NCBI GenBank assembly: GCA_023264635.1
Contig: JAHFLT010000006.1
Coordinates: 56,518 to 65,729, forward strand
Reading direction: 5' to 3'
DNA: 9,212 nucleotides
Origin: Candidatus Woesearchaeota archaeon
Lineage (GTDB): Archaea > Nanobdellota > Nanobdellia > Woesearchaeales > JAGVYF01
The notes beneath the pieces are model-generated. The model saw nothing but the letters and a program-made list of their open reading frames with translations, ran no database searches and was not told the DNA's origin. Positions 5,380 through 9,212 of the stretch are shown here, piece after piece. Position 1 is the stretch's first letter, and each line of letters starts with the position of its first letter. A program made the position numbers and the translations under genes.

Positions 5380-6731
5380 GAGTATTTCTCCAACTCTTTT
5401 TGGAGGTGGGTTTTGGATACTATGTCAAATTCAGTTCCAATCTCTGTAAGAGGTCCTCCCATAATAGTATCCTTTCTAATGGGACGATACCAATTGTTAT
5501 AGGTACAACCAATTGCACATTCGATACCAGAAAAATCTCTCCACTTATTACATGAGGGATCATTGTCACAGTTTGGTCCGGAAATCACCCCCGCAGGTGC
5601 TGTTCCTCCATAGGAGAGGTATTCATCATATAAACCTAAAAGATGTGAAGCTTCGTGAATTAATCCATAGGTGTGTCCTCCTGCCTGGACATCATAGCTT
5701 GCTACGGCATAATCACCATGCGCTGCTCCACGAGAAGGATCTAGTTTTGTCAAAACATACACAAAGTTTGAACTTTTTGATCTTGGACAACGTGCTGAAG
5801 CAGCAAAAACTTTCTCTCTATTGCAAGAAGTGAGTGATACGGTTGAGGTAACAGCTTTGTACTCACAACCAACATTACCTAGCTTTGTTACAATATATGC
5901 CTTTATCTTATTCTTATATGTTTTATACGGTTCTTTATTAAAAAGGGTATGATAACTTGCGGCACCATGTCCAGCAAATTGCAAGTCTTCTCCTAAAAAT
6001 TTTTGGTCGTAATGATCAGGAACAATTATCAAAGTAAGCTTATTATTCTCTTCCCCTCGCTCTTTTATATCTTTGAAAGTCTCTGTATCAGGATAAAATA
6101 ACTTACAAACATTTTCTCCAGGAACGCACTTATGCTCTGGTTTAGGATATTTTTCAGGATCGCTGATGTCACATATAGTGTTTTCAGCTTTGCACATGTA
6201 ATCACTACAGCATTCATAAGGTTTACAAGAGTGACTAGCGCTAGTAGCATCAATGAAACCACACTCACAGTTGATGGCAACACAATTATGACTACTCGAG
6301 TCACATTTTTCATAGGGTTTACATTTTTTATCATTACTACATTTATCTATCTCACACTTGCCATCTTTATCAATAAAACCATTGGGACAACTTTCAGGAC
6401 AGAACGAACGAAAAAAAACACTAGTATATGGCACACACTGTGTAGCTAAACCCTTCTCATCATGACATGTCTCTTTCTGAGGTAAACTTTTACCATCCTT
6501 CCCTGTCCATTCCTGTTCCCAACAAGAGCACTGATCTTTAGCATTACGTCCGGCGCCTGGTGGACAATCTTTTTGGACGCAGGTAATTGCCCCACCCCAT
6601 TGCCAATGACAAATCTTCCCAGTACCACAAGGATCTCCATGTTTCTTACATGCTTCTGCAGTTTCTGCAGTGACTGCTGAAACTATATAGAGAAAAAGTA
6701 CTAAAATGAATCCTATCCCCGACTGGTTCAT
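5376..6731 (-). CDS. 451-aa secreted zinc metalloprotease with a cysteine-rich N-terminal region fused to an M64 (IgA-peptidase family)-like catalytic domain
   Basis: Seen: ATG at 6731 and a TGA stop inside the ATGA overlap at 5376..5379. The signal-like N-terminus is MNQSGIGFILVLFLYIVSAVTA. I counted 25 Cys between residues 28 and 209 (nt 6105..6650). The motif HEASHLLGLYDEY covers residues 359-371 (nt 5619..5657). Flanking segments are LTLIIVPDHYDQKF, LFNKEPYKTYKNKIKAY, GPNCDNDPSCNKW and NNWYRP. Known, from memory: HE-x-x-H-x-x-x-L-x-DEY is the hallmark of peptidase family M64. Confidence 0.8.
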   Translation of the reverse strand: MNQSGIGFILVLFLYIVSAVTAETAEACKKHGDPCGTGKICHWQWGGAITCVQKDCPPGAGRNAKDQCSCWEQEWTGKDGKSLPQKETCHDEKGLATQCVPYTSVFFRSFCPESCPNGFIDKDGKCEIDKCSNDKKCKPYEKCDSSSHNCVAINCECGFIDATSASHSCKPYECCSDYMCKAENTICDISDPEKYPKPEHKCVPGENVCKLFYPDTETFKDIKERGEENNKLTLIIVPDHYDQKFLGEDLQFAGHGAASYHTLFNKEPYKTYKNKIKAYIVTKLGNVGCEYKAVTSTVSLTSCNREKVFAASARCPRSKSSNFVYVLTKLDPSRGAAHGDYAVASYDVQAGGHTYGLIHEASHLLGLYDEYLSYGGTAPAGVISGPNCDNDPSCNKWRDFSGIECAIGCTYNNWYRPIRKDTIMGGPLTEIGTEFDIVSKTHLQKELEKYS

Positions 6732-6755
6732 AGAGAATAATATGCACCTTTCCAG

Positions 6756-6763
6756 TATTTATA
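6756..6763 (-). promoter_or_regulatory. candidate TATA box (minus-strand TATAAATA) for the M64-like protease gene
   Basis: Seen: the minus strand reads cggtaaaTATAAATActggaaaggtgcatattattctctATG, with 24 nt between the box and the ATG at 6731. The element sits in the 33-nt spacer right after the lipoprotein stop codon, and its extended A/T tract runs into that stop. Confidence 0.4.
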
Positions 6764-6764
6764 T

Positions 6765-7514
6765 TTACCGTGAAGCTCGTTTAATTTCAATCTTCTTGAT
6801 TATCTGCACCGGTTCTGTGCCAGGTCCATAGTAGACTTCGTCATTAACGACAAGCGGTAGCATGGTGTGATATCGATAATCCTTTCCTGTAGCAGTATTA
6901 ACAACACGTCCATCAAAGCCGCCATCTCGGGAAGTAACCACGCTTTTGATGCGACCGAGTAATGTTCCTGCTGGCTGTTCATCATCCCTTGTCGTTGTTT
7001 GCTTCACCATTTTAGTACCTTCTTCTTTTTTGAGAATGGTTGCCAAATTATCTGCATCAAGCGTGAATGTAACAATATCCCCGCGTATAATGGGAATCAG
7101 TGAAGTGAACTTGTAGTGGTGTATTGCAGAATCATATGCTGTGATTTCACCGGTATAAACATTGTCTTTAGGAGGATTCAGTTGGGTAACCCTGCCGAGC
7201 TTAGGCGCATCTGCTTTTGGTTCTACAGATTTCTCTTCTTTTATCTTTTCAGCAGCCTGAGGTTTCGTTTCTACAAGCTTTTCTTCCGGTTTTATTTCTA
7301 CTCTCTCTTCTTTCGCAGCTGGTGTTGGCTCTATTTTTTCTTCTGTCTTTTCTTTCACAATTTTCTCAACAATTTGTTCTACTGGTTTCTGTTCTTCTAT
7401 ATTTTTTACTATCTCTTTTTCCAATGGTGTCTCTTTTTCCAGCTCTCCACTGCACCCTATAAGAAAAAATGCTACTATCAACATGACAATCAACACGACA
7501 GGTAATTTTCGCAT
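6765..7514 (-). CDS. 249-aa lipobox lipoprotein with an E/K/P-rich linker and two tandem ~50-aa repeat domains; function unknown
   Basis: Seen: MRKLPVVLIVMLIVAFFLIGCSG has a positive N-region, a hydrophobic core and an L-I-G-C lipobox, with the Cys codon at 7452..7454. A low-complexity Glu/Lys/Pro stretch follows (nt 7200..7445). Then come two related segments, LGRVTQLNPPKDNVYTGEI..YKFTSLIPIIRGDIV and LGRIKSVVTSRDGGFDGRV..YRYHTMLPLVVNDEV. The ORF-track start at 7517 is a TTG one codon upstream of the ATG at 7514, and I prefer the ATG. Confidence 0.75.
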   Translation of the reverse strand: MRKLPVVLIVMLIVAFFLIGCSGELEKETPLEKEIVKNIEEQKPVEQIVEKIVKEKTEEKIEPTPAAKEERVEIKPEEKLVETKPQAAEKIKEEKSVEPKADAPKLGRVTQLNPPKDNVYTGEITAYDSAIHHYKFTSLIPIIRGDIVTFTLDADNLATILKKEEGTKMVKQTTTRDDEQPAGTLLGRIKSVVTSRDGGFDGRVVNTATGKDYRYHTMLPLVVNDEVYYGPGTEPVQIIKKIEIKRASR

Positions 7515-7536
7515 CAATATATCTACACATTCAAAG

Positions 7537-7544
7537 TATTTAAA
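7537..7544 (-). promoter_or_regulatory. candidate TATA box (minus-strand TTTAAATA) for the lipoprotein gene
   Basis: Seen: the minus strand reads cgatgaaTTTAAATActttgaatgtgtagatatattgATG, with 22 nt between the box and the ATG at 7514. It lies in the 45-nt spacer after gyrB. Confidence 0.45.
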
Positions 7545-7559
7545 TTCATCGTGAACGTG

Positions 7560-9212
<1,653 letters not shown>

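Noticed and set aside
3706-6731. Compositional island that would suggest recent horizontal acquisition of the secreted-protein genes
   Set aside because: I spot-counted GC in a few 60-nt lines. The values were about 28-55% within gyrB and 37-42% within the secreted genes, so there is no defensible boundary. There are also no flanking direct repeats, tRNA or integrase. A proper sliding-window and codon-usage analysis against the whole genome is needed.
7116-7505. 129-aa and 81-aa + strand ORFs (7116..7505 and 7217..7462) with Phe/Leu-rich translations
   Set aside because: They are the antisense reading of the purine-rich Glu/Lys linker of the lipoprotein gene. The low-complexity F/L/S composition follows directly from that.
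7515-7517. TTG start giving MMRK... for the lipoprotein
   Set aside because: The adjacent ATG at 7514 is a canonical start and lies 22 nt from the TATA-like box, matching the other genes.

Overview
This 9.2-kb, moderately AT-rich fragment (judged by eye) is most likely from an archaeon. Two things support that. The left edge carries an archaeal/eukaryotic-type Kae1 N-terminus. Five of the genes have a TATA-like octamer 22-24 nt upstream of the ATG, which fits leaderless archaeal mRNAs. TAA, TAG and TGA all act as stops, so the standard genetic code applies. All eight genes lie on the minus strand and are tightly packed. In transcription order they are: gyrB (5' end outside the window), a lipobox lipoprotein, a cysteine-rich secreted M64-like metalloprotease, a 557-aa secreted protein, an EndoIII-like HhH-GPD/FeS protein, a 526-aa protein with a C-terminal HExxH..E (MA-clan) peptidase domain, a 222-aa membrane protein with a repeated TM-helix motif, and kae1 (3' end outside the window). 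I found no rRNA, tRNA, CRISPR array, transposase or integrase. The best candidate for something undescribed is the lipoprotein / Cys-rich M64-like protease / 557-aa secreted protein cluster at 3706..7514. Its spacers are 33 nt and a 4-nt ATGA overlap, and only one of the three proteins has a recognisable catalytic motif. Secondary points are the large uncharacterised N-terminal region of the 526-aa peptidase, an EndoIII-like protein with Glu at the catalytic-lysine position, and short perfect repeats in two intergenic regions. All family assignments rest on motifs I recognised by reading the translations; no database search was run.
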